Source of the DNA: Candidatus Omnitrophota bacterium
Lineage (GTDB): Bacteria > Omnitrophota > Omnitrophia > Omnitrophales > JACQLI01
NCBI GenBank assembly: GCA_016179745.1
Contig: JACPCP010000015.1
Span: 45,608-109,607 of the forward strand
DNA: 64,000 nucleotides
Reading direction: 5' to 3'
A program made the translations under genes and the position numbers. Positions 1 to 8,764 of the stretch are shown here, piece by piece. The notes beneath the pieces are model-generated. The model made no database searches and was not told the DNA's origin. It saw only the letters and a program-made list of their open reading frames with translations. Positions within the stretch are counted from its first letter, which is position 1; the number at the start of each line of letters is the position of its first letter.

Positions 1-372
1 GGGAGCGACAGTATTGCGGACGGGAGCGTTATGCCGCACCCTCGGGCCTACGGCGCTTTTCCCAAGCGCCTGGCTTCATGCTCCAAAGCGGGGCCCGTCG
101 GTCAAAGCCCCTGCTGGGGGAGAACGATCCACCAGATGACCGGACTTCCCGCAAAGATGATGGGGCTTCGTGAAAGGGGAAGGCTCGGGACCGGACTTTT
201 CGCCGATCTTGTTCTGTTTGACCCTGCCCTGATCCGGGACGGGGCGGATTACAAAAATCCCAAAGTTCCCCCTGAAGGGATCGAATGGGTCTTTGTGAAT
301 GGAAAACCGGTTGTCCAAAAAGGGCGGTATCAGCCCGTCCACTCCGGCCTTTTCCTGACCCCCCAGCGGTGA
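1..372 (+). CDS. Amidohydrolase-family protein, C-terminal fragment (N-acyl-D-amino-acid deacylase-like). The 5' end lies outside the window.
   Basis: Frame 1 is open from base 1. The string HPRAYGAFP...MTGLPAKMMGL..GLFADLVLFDP...GIEWVFVNGK matches the C-terminal pattern of D-aminoacylases. Confidence 0.5.
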   Translation, partial: GSDSIADGSVMPHPRAYGAFPKRLASCSKAGPVGQSPCWGRTIHQMTGLPAKMMGLRERGRLGTGLFADLVLFDPALIRDGADYKNPKVPPEGIEWVFVNGKPVVQKGRYQPVHSGLFLTPQR

Positions 373-388
373 TATACTCCGCATACCC

Positions 389-916
389 ATGGCAGACTTA
401 GAACGAAAAGGGGCCGCTACGTTTAAAGGAAATCCTTTGACCCTGGTCGGCCCGGAACTCAAAAAGGGGGACAAGGCCCCCAGCTTCCAGCTTCTCGGAA
501 ACGATTTATCAGCCGTCACTCTGGAGAATTTCAAGGGAAAGACAAAGCTGATCAGCGTCGTTCCGTCACTGGATACGCCGGTTTGTGACCTTCAGACCAA
601 GCGTTTCAATGAGGAGGCATCGAGGCTCCCGGGCAATGTGGCGGTTTTAACGGTGAGCGCAGACCTTCCGTTTGCCCAGGCCCGCTGGTGCGGCGCCGCC
701 CATGCTGACAAAATCAAGTGTCTCTCAGACCACCGGGAAACCTCTTTCGGAAAGGCCTACGGCGTTCTCATCAGGGAGCTTCGCCTCCTTTCCCGCTCGA
801 TTTTCGTGATCGGCCCCGATGACCGCTTGAAATACGTCGAATACGTGAAGGAAATCACCGAGCACCCCAAATACGATCAGGCGCTTGAGAGTCTTCGGGA
901 GAAAGCCCGAGCCTAA
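389..916 (+). CDS. tpx: Thiol peroxidase (Tpx, atypical 2-Cys peroxiredoxin)
   Basis: 175 aa. Contains SVVPSLDTPVCDLQTKRFNEEA with the peroxidatic Cys, and has the typical Tpx length and N-terminus (KGNPLTLVGPELKKGDKAP). Confidence 0.9.
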   Translation: MADLERKGAATFKGNPLTLVGPELKKGDKAPSFQLLGNDLSAVTLENFKGKTKLISVVPSLDTPVCDLQTKRFNEEASRLPGNVAVLTVSADLPFAQARWCGAAHADKIKCLSDHRETSFGKAYGVLIRELRLLSRSIFVIGPDDRLKYVEYVKEITEHPKYDQALESLREKARA

Positions 917-922
917 TTCCCC

Positions 923-1846
923 GTGGGAAGCTCGAGTGTCAAGCGAGCTTTAATTTCTCTCGCTGTGGTCTTGACCCTCTCCGTCCAACTGGCTTGGGCG
1001 GAGAAGGTCAAGATGATCGATGGCCGCATCCAAGGCGTCAACCCCAGCCGGCAGGAGGTCACCCTCTCCTTTCAAGATCCCGTGAGCGGAAAGACGGAGG
1101 AGCTTGTGCTTCGGGTGGACGCCCATACCGGATTCGGCGAAGGCGTTCGCTTTGAGGACCTCAAGGCCGGAGAACCCGTGGCCGTCGATTACCGGGAAGA
1201 GACGGGAGAACCTCTGCTTGCTCTTCAAATCCGACGGGTCCCCCTGACCGGTGTCCCTTTCGATAAAATCCCGTTCCGAGATTCCGCCGACGTCAGTTTC
1301 CGGCACGGATTAAAATCTAAAGAAGAAGGGAACCTTCTTGCCGCAGAAAGCCATTTTCGAAAAGCCCTTGAGATGGATCCGGACAATCCGGACCCCCATT
1401 TCGAGCTTGGGAACCTTCTCGTGGAGCGGGACGAGCTGGAAGGGGCCCGCCGTGAATTTGAGCAGGCCCTGATGATTGACGCCGCCCACGTCCCCTCTCA
1501 TTACAATTTGGGATTGGTCTATTGGGCGCAGGGTCTTTTGGCCGAGGCCCGGGAGGAATTTCGAAAGGCGCTGGAATATGATCCTTCCAATGTCAAGGCC
1601 CAGCTCCAAATCGGCTACACGTATCAAGCCGGGGGTTTCTGGGAGGACGCCCGGCAGGCCTTTGAGAAGGCCGGAGAGATGAATTATTCCGATCCCGAAC
1701 CCCGGCGGGCCTTGGAGACCCTTCAGGAAGGCGCAAGGACCCGGTCTGAAAGCGACGAGGCCCGGGCCCGGAAATTACAGAGCGGATCTCATTTGATTGG
1801 AGAATTGTTCGCCGAGCGATACCGGGATGAATCCCAGAGAAGCTAG
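923..1846 (+). CDS. Secreted TPR-repeat protein
   Basis: GTG start and an N-terminal hydrophobic signal (LISLAVVLTLSVQLAWA). It carries 3-4 TPR-like 34-aa units (AESHFRKALEMDPDNPDPHFELGNLL..., HYNLGLVYWAQGLLAEAREEFRKALEYDPSN). Confidence 0.7.
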   Translation: MGSSSVKRALISLAVVLTLSVQLAWAEKVKMIDGRIQGVNPSRQEVTLSFQDPVSGKTEELVLRVDAHTGFGEGVRFEDLKAGEPVAVDYREETGEPLLALQIRRVPLTGVPFDKIPFRDSADVSFRHGLKSKEEGNLLAAESHFRKALEMDPDNPDPHFELGNLLVERDELEGARREFEQALMIDAAHVPSHYNLGLVYWAQGLLAEAREEFRKALEYDPSNVKAQLQIGYTYQAGGFWEDARQAFEKAGEMNYSDPEPRRALETLQEGARTRSESDEARARKLQSGSHLIGELFAERYRDESQRS

Positions 1847-2549
1847 GACTGATTTTTCCGGGATCAAGGCCGTCTTCTTCGACGCCGGCGGCACGCTCTT
1901 CGAGCCTTATCCTTCTGTCGGAGAGATTTATGCCGAGGTGGCGGCACGGCACGGTCTTCGGGCGGACCCCAAGGATTTGGAGGAGACGTTCCATTCTCTT
2001 TGGGAGGAGAGGGACGGGCTCCGGAGTCTTGCCGGATCTTCCAGCGAGAAGAAGGAAAGGGAATGGTGGCACGGCCTGGTTTGGGATGTTTTTTCCAAGC
2101 TTGGAAAAATCCGGGATTTTGAGACCTTTTTTGAGGAGCTCTATGACCGGTTTGCCGGGGCCGGTGCGTGGCGCCTCTTTCCCGACGCCCTGCCGGCGCT
2201 TCAGGATCTGAAAAGGCGTGGGAAAATTCTGGGAATCGTCTCCAACTGGGATTCCCGGCTGTTCGGAATCGTGGAGGGTCTGGGGCTCGGCGGCCATCTT
2301 GATTTTGTCCTCGCTTCGGCCACAACGGGCGCTGCCAAGCCGAGTCCGAAGATCTTCCAAGAGGCGCTCAAACGGGCCCGAGTGTCCGGCCCCGAGGCCT
2401 TTCATGTGGGTGACAGCCTGGAGGATGACATCCAGGGGGCCGAAGGGGCCGGGATCCGGGCCGCCCTTCTGGACCGGAAGGGCCGCCGGCGGGGGCATAC
2501 CCTCATTATTTCTTCGCTACAGTTTTTGTGTAGAATGTTCGAAAATTAA
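1827..2549 (+). CDS. HAD-superfamily hydrolase (subfamily IA, REG-2-like)
   Basis: Motif I is FFDAGGTLF; later motifs are VSNWDSR, AAKPSP and HVGDSLEDDIQGA. I chose the ATG at 1827; the TTG at 1797 is an alternative start. Confidence 0.75.
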   Translation: MNPREARTDFSGIKAVFFDAGGTLFEPYPSVGEIYAEVAARHGLRADPKDLEETFHSLWEERDGLRSLAGSSSEKKEREWWHGLVWDVFSKLGKIRDFETFFEELYDRFAGAGAWRLFPDALPALQDLKRRGKILGIVSNWDSRLFGIVEGLGLGGHLDFVLASATTGAAKPSPKIFQEALKRARVSGPEAFHVGDSLEDDIQGAEGAGIRAALLDRKGRRRGHTLIISSLQFLCRMFEN

Positions 2550-2598
2550 GTGGCAATATACTTTGCGTGCTTTTAACCATGAAAAGGGAGGGAAGCAG

Positions 2599-2985
2599 AT
2601 GAAAAAGATAGGGGTTCTGGTGGCCCTGTTTTTAGTGATCGGAGCAATCCCCGGCTGGTGTGTTTGCGGGGCGGACGCTTGGTTGAATGACCAGGCCAAT
2701 TCAGAGAATTACGCAATCAAGACGGGAGGCATGCTCCTGAGAGGACTCCACGGGATTGTCGAAGCGCCCGTTGAGATCGGCTATCACACCTATGACGGCG
2801 CCGTCAACAAGACCGAGTATGGAGTGGGTGTTCTTAAGGGATTAGGGACCGGTCTTCTCTGGACCTTTGACGGTGTCATTCGGGGGGCGTGGGACATCGT
2901 GACCTTTGCCTTTCCGGACTATCACGGCGAGCCGGGCACACACGACCTTGCGGCCGAAATCCGTGGCGGAGGCGCAGCCGAATAA
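2599..2985 (+). CDS. Small secreted protein resembling the exosortase-system-associated TIGR04073 family
   Basis: A GGGAGGG RBS precedes the ATG at 2599, followed by signal peptide MKKIGVLVALFLVIGAIPGWC. The pattern LLRGLHGIVEAPVEI...RGAWDIVTFAFPDYHGEP matches my recollection of TIGR04073. Confidence 0.55.
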   Translation: MKKIGVLVALFLVIGAIPGWCVCGADAWLNDQANSENYAIKTGGMLLRGLHGIVEAPVEIGYHTYDGAVNKTEYGVGVLKGLGTGLLWTFDGVIRGAWDIVTFAFPDYHGEPGTHDLAAEIRGGGAAE

Positions 2986-3035
2986 AAAGGCCGAATTTTT
3001 AGCAGCCGATTCATCAGCAAAAATTCATAGATAAA

Positions 3036-3084
3036 AAAGGACAGGTTTCCCCACGACGAGGGGCACCTGTCCTTTTTTATTTTT
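3036..3084 (+). terminator. Rho-independent terminator
   Basis: AAAAAAGGACAGGT...ACCTGTCCTTTTTTATTTTT: a 9-14 bp stem followed by a T-run, 50 nt after the stop at 2985. Confidence 0.8.
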
Positions 3085-3192
3085 AGCTCTGCAACGATCG
3101 TTATAAACTGTTATGCCTTGCTAGCGTTTCTTAGAATGAAGTCCCTCCAACTCCAGGAAATTTTAAGACTTTTTTGAACCCGTTCCCGGATT

Positions 3193-6100
3193 GTGATAAG
3201 ATTCCTCCCAACTTTCCTTACGAAGGCGAACAACTCCTTGTTTCGTAAAATCATCAGCCTAACTATCATTTTGACTCTGATCGTCAATCCGGCTTCTTTC
3301 GCCGGTTTTTCTCCCCCTCCTTCTGTTCGGGCAGTTACTGCCGGCGAGAGTCTGGATTCTTTTGTGACGGTCAGCGATTTCTTTATTCCCGGAACGGGAA
3401 AAACCAGTTTTGAAACAGCCCTTTTGGACCCCCGCCAGCCGCTCCTCCTTTATCTCGAAGACGCTCACGGGAACCTCTCCGCCCAGAGGCATATCACCCA
3501 GGCCCTGGATTGGATTTCAAAACAGGCGAAGCTCCGGGAGCCGTGGATCGCCCTGGAAGGGACCGGGCCGGGTGAAATCGACCACCGGGTCTTATCGGCG
3601 TTTCCTCACCGGCCGGCGAGAATGGACGTGGCAGAAAAATTCCTCCGGCAAGGCCGGCTCAATGGGGCCGAATATTTTGCTGCCTTGAACCCAAACGTCC
3701 GGCTCTTCGGCGTCGACTCCGAGGTGCTGGCTGAGCGGAACCGCCGGAAATACCGGGGCCTCGCACGGCTTCAGCCGGAAACCGGCGGCCCTCTCTTGAG
3801 GCTGATTCGGGCGAGTCAGTTTCTCAAGAAAAAAATCTACTACGGCGATTTGGTGCGGCTTGATCAAAGCGCCGTTCAGTTTGAACAAGATTCCAGGAAT
3901 TTATTGAAGCACCTCGCTCTTCTTCGAAATCTTGCCAAAAGGAAAGGTGTTTCATTAGACAAATACCCGCATCTTTCAAGCGCCCTGAGGGGCCCTGCCC
4001 CTTCTTTGTCGGGCTCCCTCAATGCGGCCGAGACCCTCCTGGAGATTCGCCGCCTCACAGAGGACTTGTGGAAAAAGCTTCTTGATTATCGTGAGGCACG
4101 GGACGCCTTTTTTATGGACAGGCAAGTAAAGTTTTATCAAAAGCTTTTGAGTTGTTCTCTCCTGCCGGAGGATTATTCAAAATACGTTAAAGACCCCAGG
4201 GGTTATTCGCTGGATTCGCTGAAGAGACGGACCCAGCTTTACCATTTTTTGCTGCGCCCCGAATCGCTCCGTCCCCGAAAGGGCGACTTTGAAGCATTGG
4301 AAATCGCTTCCCAACCGGCCCTGGAATTTTATGAACTGGCCCGCAAGCGGGATCAGTTTCTCATTGCCAACCTCGAGGCCCTGGTTCCCAAGGGCCCGAG
4401 CCGAAAAACTTTCTTCATCTCCGGCGGCTTTCACCGTCAGGGTGTTAGCTCCCTTCTGAGATCGAAAGAAATCCCTTTTGCAGTCCTCACTCCGAAGATT
4501 ACCCAGTCGGGAGGAGAGGAAAATTATCGGCGTCTCCTGGCTCAGACGTCCGCCGTTAATCTAAAGTCGAGTTTCCGTATCCCTGAGTTTAGGAATAAGT
4601 TTCGGCGGGCCCTCTTGACTTCATTGCGGGCAGATCCTTTTCTTCCTGACGGGACGAAGATAAGAATTCTAGAACGGTATAGGAAGTCCTTTCCTCCCGA
4701 ACTCATCTCCATCTCCAGGAGCGAAGTGCGCAATCCGGAAATAAGCCCTCTTGTTCTTACAAACGATAAGAGCCGGGATGCCGCAGTCAACCTGATTCAA
4801 TTTGGTGAAGCGCTGATTGACCGGGTGGGGCAATCAGCGGGCTCTGGAGAAGCCCCGGTTCCTTTGAATGGAGCTCTTCTTAAAGGGTTTTTCAAGTCCG
4901 CCTTTCACTACATGACAAACGACCCGAAAAATCCTGAGAGGATCCTTAATCTGGCCGAGACCTTCATGGGGGCCTGGGAGGGATGGGAATGGGAGGTTCG
5001 TTTCGGGAAATATGAAAGGCCTTACCGGGTCACCCGGCCTTTTGACCCGGGGGAGGGGAAGCCGGTCTGGAGAGAGAAGAGTCTCCTCATCGAGATCGAT
5101 CGGGAAACGCTCCGAAGATTTCAGTCGAACCAACTGGCCGAGTTCTACCTGGCAACCACATTTTTCGGCCGCCTCCTTTTTGGGGCCCTGTCGAGCGACA
5201 GGAACAAGATTGATCTCCGGAGGGCCGAAGCGGAGGTAGCGGCCGCCCTCCTTCGGAGTTTTAAAAATTCCGAAGAGGAAAAACGCAGCTTTGCGGGAAA
5301 CTTTCTTCAGGCCTTAATGCAAACTCAACAGACGGCCCTCGCCACAGAGATCCGTTCGAGGCTCACCCGTCAGTCCAGGGGGAAAGTGAAGCTGCAGAAC
5401 GGACGGATTGAGCTCGGTGAACAGCTTGGGAAGGGCGGGTTTGGCACGGCTTACGAGGCGGTCTTGGGAAGGCTCAAGGTTGTCGTCAAAAAGGCGGAGG
5501 GGGCATCGCTTGCGACCTCCGAAGGGAAGGCTCGATACGATCGGGAGGCCCAGATTATTGCCGCCTTTGCTCAAAGAGGGTTTACCAATCTCGTGGGCTG
5601 GCGGGAGGATTTTAAAGAAAATGGGGAACAATACACCGTGATGGATTTTGCCGAGGGAAAACCGCTTTCTGATCTTCTTCCACTGCTGACCGAGAAGGAG
5701 GCCATCGAGGTATTAATTGAAACCGCAAGGGCGCTTGAGCAGATGAACAGCATCGGCGTTTTTCATCGGGACGTGAAGCCGGACAACATTATCGTTCACT
5801 GGGACTCCAGGACTCGAAAGGTCCTGCAGGTCAAACTGATTGATTACGGCCTCGCCAAGATTTTTAACTGGGAACTCGCCAGGCAAGCCGGTATCCAACC
5901 AAGCCGTTTTGTCGATGAAGAAACCGGCGAAGAGAGGTCGCAGACCCAATCCGGAACCGGCATGGGGACCCCCGGCTACATGTCTCCCGAACAGGCGCAG
6001 GGCGAGCAATCCAAGCTGGGTCCCCAGACCGACTACTATGCGCTCGGTGCCATGGCCTATGAAATGAAGGCAGGCTACAAGGCGGGCGATCCGCCGTCCA

Positions 6101-7266
6101 AGCGGGCCACCTCCGCTTTCGATTTGATCACGAGGCAGATCAACGGTCAGTATGAAGATCCAAGCCGCCTTGCTGGGATGCCTCCGGAGCTGGCCCGTCT
6201 CATTAAAAAGGCCATGGCCCCGGAATTGTCGGAGCGTTTTCAAACTGCCAAAGAACTCCGTGAGGCCCTGGAGCATTACTTAAGAATTTCTTCTGAAGCA
6301 AGCCCGCCGCCCAGCCAGATTCAAAAGCCCAAAGAACTGTCCGGGTCCACCCCTCAAACCCCCCAGACCCCAAAAGTCAGCCGGTTAAAACGGGACCGTT
6401 TTCAAAAACGGGGCCCCCCAACGGTAAAGCTTTTGATCGGAGCTGTTGCGGCCTTGGTCCTGGGGGTGATTGGCGTTATATTCCTCCATTCCGGTGAAAA
6501 GTCCCCTCCCATCCCCACAACCCCAACCACCGTAGCTCCAACCATTCCAAAACAGGCCGCACCTCCTTCTACTGTTGCCACAACCGTGCCTCCTGAGATT
6601 CCCGCAGTTTCTCCCAAGCCTCCCAAACCCGAAGTGAAAACGCCTGAAAAGAAGACTTCATCCCAAGGCCCTGATCCTGAAACCTTGTCTCAAGCCCAGA
6701 GAGCCTTAGAAGCCCTTAAAGAGGCTTCCCAAAAGCTTCCGCCGGACTTACAGGCTTTCGAAGGAGAGCTCACCGGGCTTCTTACCGCTCTCGATCAATC
6801 CGGGAAAGATCTCCTGGCTGCTCGCAAGGCCCTGCTTTCTTCCTTTCAGAATTTAACCGAGGGCCTTCAAGTTCTTGAAAGGCACCTCTCAAAACCCGAA
6901 GACCGGCGGGGCGATCCTTCCAAGGCCTTGATCGATCGCCTCAAACAAGCCGGCCCCCGAATCCTTAACGAAATGCTGATTTCTCCACGGAAGAAGCAGA
7001 ACTTCAAAAGTTCGCCGAAGCCGCAAAGACCTTGGAGAACCTCCTCAAACTCAAAGAGGAGTCCCTCACCCAACTCAATGCCGCCAGCCTTGAATACCAA
7101 CTCGACTTCGATCTTCAAACCGCCCAGCTCGCCCTCCAATGGTTTGAAGTCCTTTGGCTCACCCACCGCTCCGATATCGAACGGGATGCGGAAGAGGGGA
7201 ACGAAGCCGCCAAGACCGCTGCCAAGGAAATTCCAAAAGAAATCGAAAAATTCAAGCTTTCCTTGA
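3193..7266 (+). CDS. Large multidomain Hanks-type Ser/Thr protein kinase. The ORF as printed probably reads out of frame after about 6970.
   Basis: Kinase motifs are present: GKGGFGTAYEAV, VVVKKA, HRDVKPDNIIV, DYGLAKI, GTPGYMSPEQ (about 5400-6275). A TM helix LLIGAVAALVLGVIGVIFL (about 6427-6490) is followed by a Pro/Thr-rich linker and a coiled coil. An N-terminal domain of ~500 aa carries LLYLEDAHGN...FFISGGFH. The frame-1 tail after 6970 is low-complexity S/P/K. Confidence 0.8.
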   Translation: MIRFLPTFLTKANNSLFRKIISLTIILTLIVNPASFAGFSPPPSVRAVTAGESLDSFVTVSDFFIPGTGKTSFETALLDPRQPLLLYLEDAHGNLSAQRHITQALDWISKQAKLREPWIALEGTGPGEIDHRVLSAFPHRPARMDVAEKFLRQGRLNGAEYFAALNPNVRLFGVDSEVLAERNRRKYRGLARLQPETGGPLLRLIRASQFLKKKIYYGDLVRLDQSAVQFEQDSRNLLKHLALLRNLAKRKGVSLDKYPHLSSALRGPAPSLSGSLNAAETLLEIRRLTEDLWKKLLDYREARDAFFMDRQVKFYQKLLSCSLLPEDYSKYVKDPRGYSLDSLKRRTQLYHFLLRPESLRPRKGDFEALEIASQPALEFYELARKRDQFLIANLEALVPKGPSRKTFFISGGFHRQGVSSLLRSKEIPFAVLTPKITQSGGEENYRRLLAQTSAVNLKSSFRIPEFRNKFRRALLTSLRADPFLPDGTKIRILERYRKSFPPELISISRSEVRNPEISPLVLTNDKSRDAAVNLIQFGEALIDRVGQSAGSGEAPVPLNGALLKGFFKSAFHYMTNDPKNPERILNLAETFMGAWEGWEWEVRFGKYERPYRVTRPFDPGEGKPVWREKSLLIEIDRETLRRFQSNQLAEFYLATTFFGRLLFGALSSDRNKIDLRRAEAEVAAALLRSFKNSEEEKRSFAGNFLQALMQTQQTALATEIRSRLTRQSRGKVKLQNGRIELGEQLGKGGFGTAYEAVLGRLKVVVKKAEGASLATSEGKARYDREAQIIAAFAQRGFTNLVGWREDFKENGEQYTVMDFAEGKPLSDLLPLLTEKEAIEVLIETARALEQMNSIGVFHRDVKPDNIIVHWDSRTRKVLQVKLIDYGLAKIFNWELARQAGIQPSRFVDEETGEERSQTQSGTGMGTPGYMSPEQAQGEQSKLGPQTDYYALGAMAYEMKAGYKAGDPPSKRATSAFDLITRQINGQYEDPSRLAGMPPELARLIKKAMAPELSERFQTAKELREALEHYLRISSEASPPPSQIQKPKELSGSTPQTPQTPKVSRLKRDRFQKRGPPTVKLLIGAVAALVLGVIGVIFLHSGEKSPPIPTTPTTVAPTIPKQAAPPSTVATTVPPEIPAVSPKPPKPEVKTPEKKTSSQGPDPETLSQAQRALEALKEASQKLPPDLQAFEGELTGLLTALDQSGKDLLAARKALLSSFQNLTEGLQVLERHLSKPEDRRGDPSKALIDRLKQAGPRILNEMLISPRKKQNFKSSPKPQRPWRTSSNSKRSPSPNSMPPALNTNSTSIFKPPSSPSNGLKSFGSPTAPISNGMRKRGTKPPRPLPRKFQKKSKNSSFP

Positions 7267-8726
7267 AAGAGCTTCAGACCCAGAAAGACGGAAATAAAAC
7301 CCAAACGCAAACCTCAACCTTTAAACAGATCCTATCCGGTCTTTTCAAGGCTGCCGATACCTCTACGGACATTGTTACCCTCCAACGAGCCCTTTGGAAA
7401 TCGGACAAGGACTTCAAGAATGTGTTGAAGAATGCGAAGTTTGAAGTGCCCAATGCCGCTCCAAAGCAGCCCACTTACGACGTCAAGACAACCACGGTTA
7501 AAATCGGTGGGAAGACCCACAAGAATCTTTCGGTCTTGACTGCACGTAAAGGATGGATTTCTAATGCAGTGGAACTTCCGGTCACGCTCGAAGGTTCAGA
7601 GAATACGCATTTTCGGTTTGATACGACGGTGATCATTCGTAAGACCGAAACTTCAGTCGGGGCCCTGTGGTTCCTGGTGAAAATAAATAAACCAGGGTTG
7701 ATTTCGCTGAGGTGGGAAAGCGGTTTCCAGGAGCAGACACAAAATATATCTTTTGGCATTAGAAACAAGGACAGGGAAGAAGATTTTTTTGGCGACGGCG
7801 ACCCTATCCCTGCTCCTGCATTTCCGTTCAATCAACCCATCGTTATCTCTGTAAGGAAAACAGGCCGAGAGATTGTATTTTATTTAAAAAGAGATGAACA
7901 AGCCGGCTACGAACGCCTTCATACTTTTAGTCAAAAGGCCGATGACGGAAAGTTCGGTTTTCTGATCAACATATACAGCTCCGACCCCTCCGGCAACCCC
8001 AACGACTCCGAAATCCTCTTCCTGTCCGTCGAAGGAAAAACCGTTGAGAAGGTGCTCGGTTCGGAAGTCCTGGAGACGGGCCCTCCCCGGTCCGAGGTAA
8101 GAGGGACAACGTCCATGGACCCGGCGGGTCGGGGGCTGATTGCGATTCCGTTTCGAGGGGACGGAGGGCGGTTATTGAGGAGTTTGGCTTCCCCCGCCTC
8201 TCCTTTAAAGGGTCTCTTGATGAGTCAGAGAATTGGGGTTGTGCTGGTAGAGGAGGGGGGCGGAGAAACGGCGCAGGCAGAGCGATGGGGGCCACTGGCA
8301 AGGATTTACGGGATCAAAATCATGAAGCTTCGGGGTCAAGTCAGGGGATTTCGAGCAGGGGGTGCGGAGCTCGAGAATTTTGAAAAGCGAGCGGCGGGCC
8401 TCTTTGGGATCCCCAGGGATGGGATCCGGAGAATCGTTTTCTTGGGCGGAGAAAATTCTCCGGAAGGAACCGCCATGACATTTCATCGTTTGGCTGAATC
8501 CCGTCTCATTCCCATGCGGGTCGATTATGACCGATTGCTAGAGAACCCCGGTTACCGTTATCGAAATCTCGTGGCGGCGGCGTGGCTGGCCAGGTTGCCG
8601 AAGGACCCGAATGTATTTCAAAATTTTCCATGGGATCAATTTTTCCAGCTGAATACGGACGGGAGCATTGCGTTAAGGCTCAAGCAGGAATTTGAAACGG
8701 ACCGGCTCCAAAGGCGTTCCGCCTAG
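7032..8726 (+). CDS. Probable continuation of the kinase protein: coiled coil, a lectin/LamG-like beta-sandwich and a C-terminal domain of unknown function
   Basis: Frame 3 is open from 6969 and reads as coiled coil (EEAELQKFAEAAKTLENLLKLKEE) upstream of the annotated TTG. It overlaps the frame-1 ORF by 235 nt. Confidence 0.6.
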   Translation: MENLLKLKEESLTQLNAASLEYQLDFDLQTAQLALQWFEVLWLTHRSDIERDAEEGNEAAKTAAKEIPKEIEKFKLSLKELQTQKDGNKTQTQTSTFKQILSGLFKAADTSTDIVTLQRALWKSDKDFKNVLKNAKFEVPNAAPKQPTYDVKTTTVKIGGKTHKNLSVLTARKGWISNAVELPVTLEGSENTHFRFDTTVIIRKTETSVGALWFLVKINKPGLISLRWESGFQEQTQNISFGIRNKDREEDFFGDGDPIPAPAFPFNQPIVISVRKTGREIVFYLKRDEQAGYERLHTFSQKADDGKFGFLINIYSSDPSGNPNDSEILFLSVEGKTVEKVLGSEVLETGPPRSEVRGTTSMDPAGRGLIAIPFRGDGGRLLRSLASPASPLKGLLMSQRIGVVLVEEGGGETAQAERWGPLARIYGIKIMKLRGQVRGFRAGGAELENFEKRAAGLFGIPRDGIRRIVFLGGENSPEGTAMTFHRLAESRLIPMRVDYDRLLENPGYRYRNLVAAAWLARLPKDPNVFQNFPWDQFFQLNTDGSIALRLKQEFETDRLQRRSA

Positions 8727-8727
8727 C

Positions 8728-8755
8728 TTGACTTAATCTCGATGTTTGAGATAAT
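8728..8755 (+). promoter_or_regulatory. Sigma70-type promoter of fabI (TTGACT, 16-nt spacer, GATAAT with an upstream TG)
   Basis: TTGACT lies at 8728-8733 and TGAGATAAT at 8747-8755. The ATG is at 8765, and there is no SD in the 9-nt gap. Confidence 0.6.
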
Positions 8756-8764
8756 CATGCCCCT

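Noticed and set aside
6966-6995. Programmed -1 ribosomal frameshifting as the explanation for the kinase gene frame change
   Set aside because: There is no X-XXY-YYZ slippery heptamer and no obvious downstream stimulatory hairpin in the permitted interval. A simple indel (genuine or a sequencing error) is more parsimonious, though this remains unverified.
4718-8105. The peptide RSEVR occurs twice in the kinase protein (4718-4732 and 8088-8102), possibly a processing or sorting motif
   Set aside because: There are only two occurrences of a 5-mer, encoded by different codons, with no flanking similarity. That is insufficient to claim a motif.
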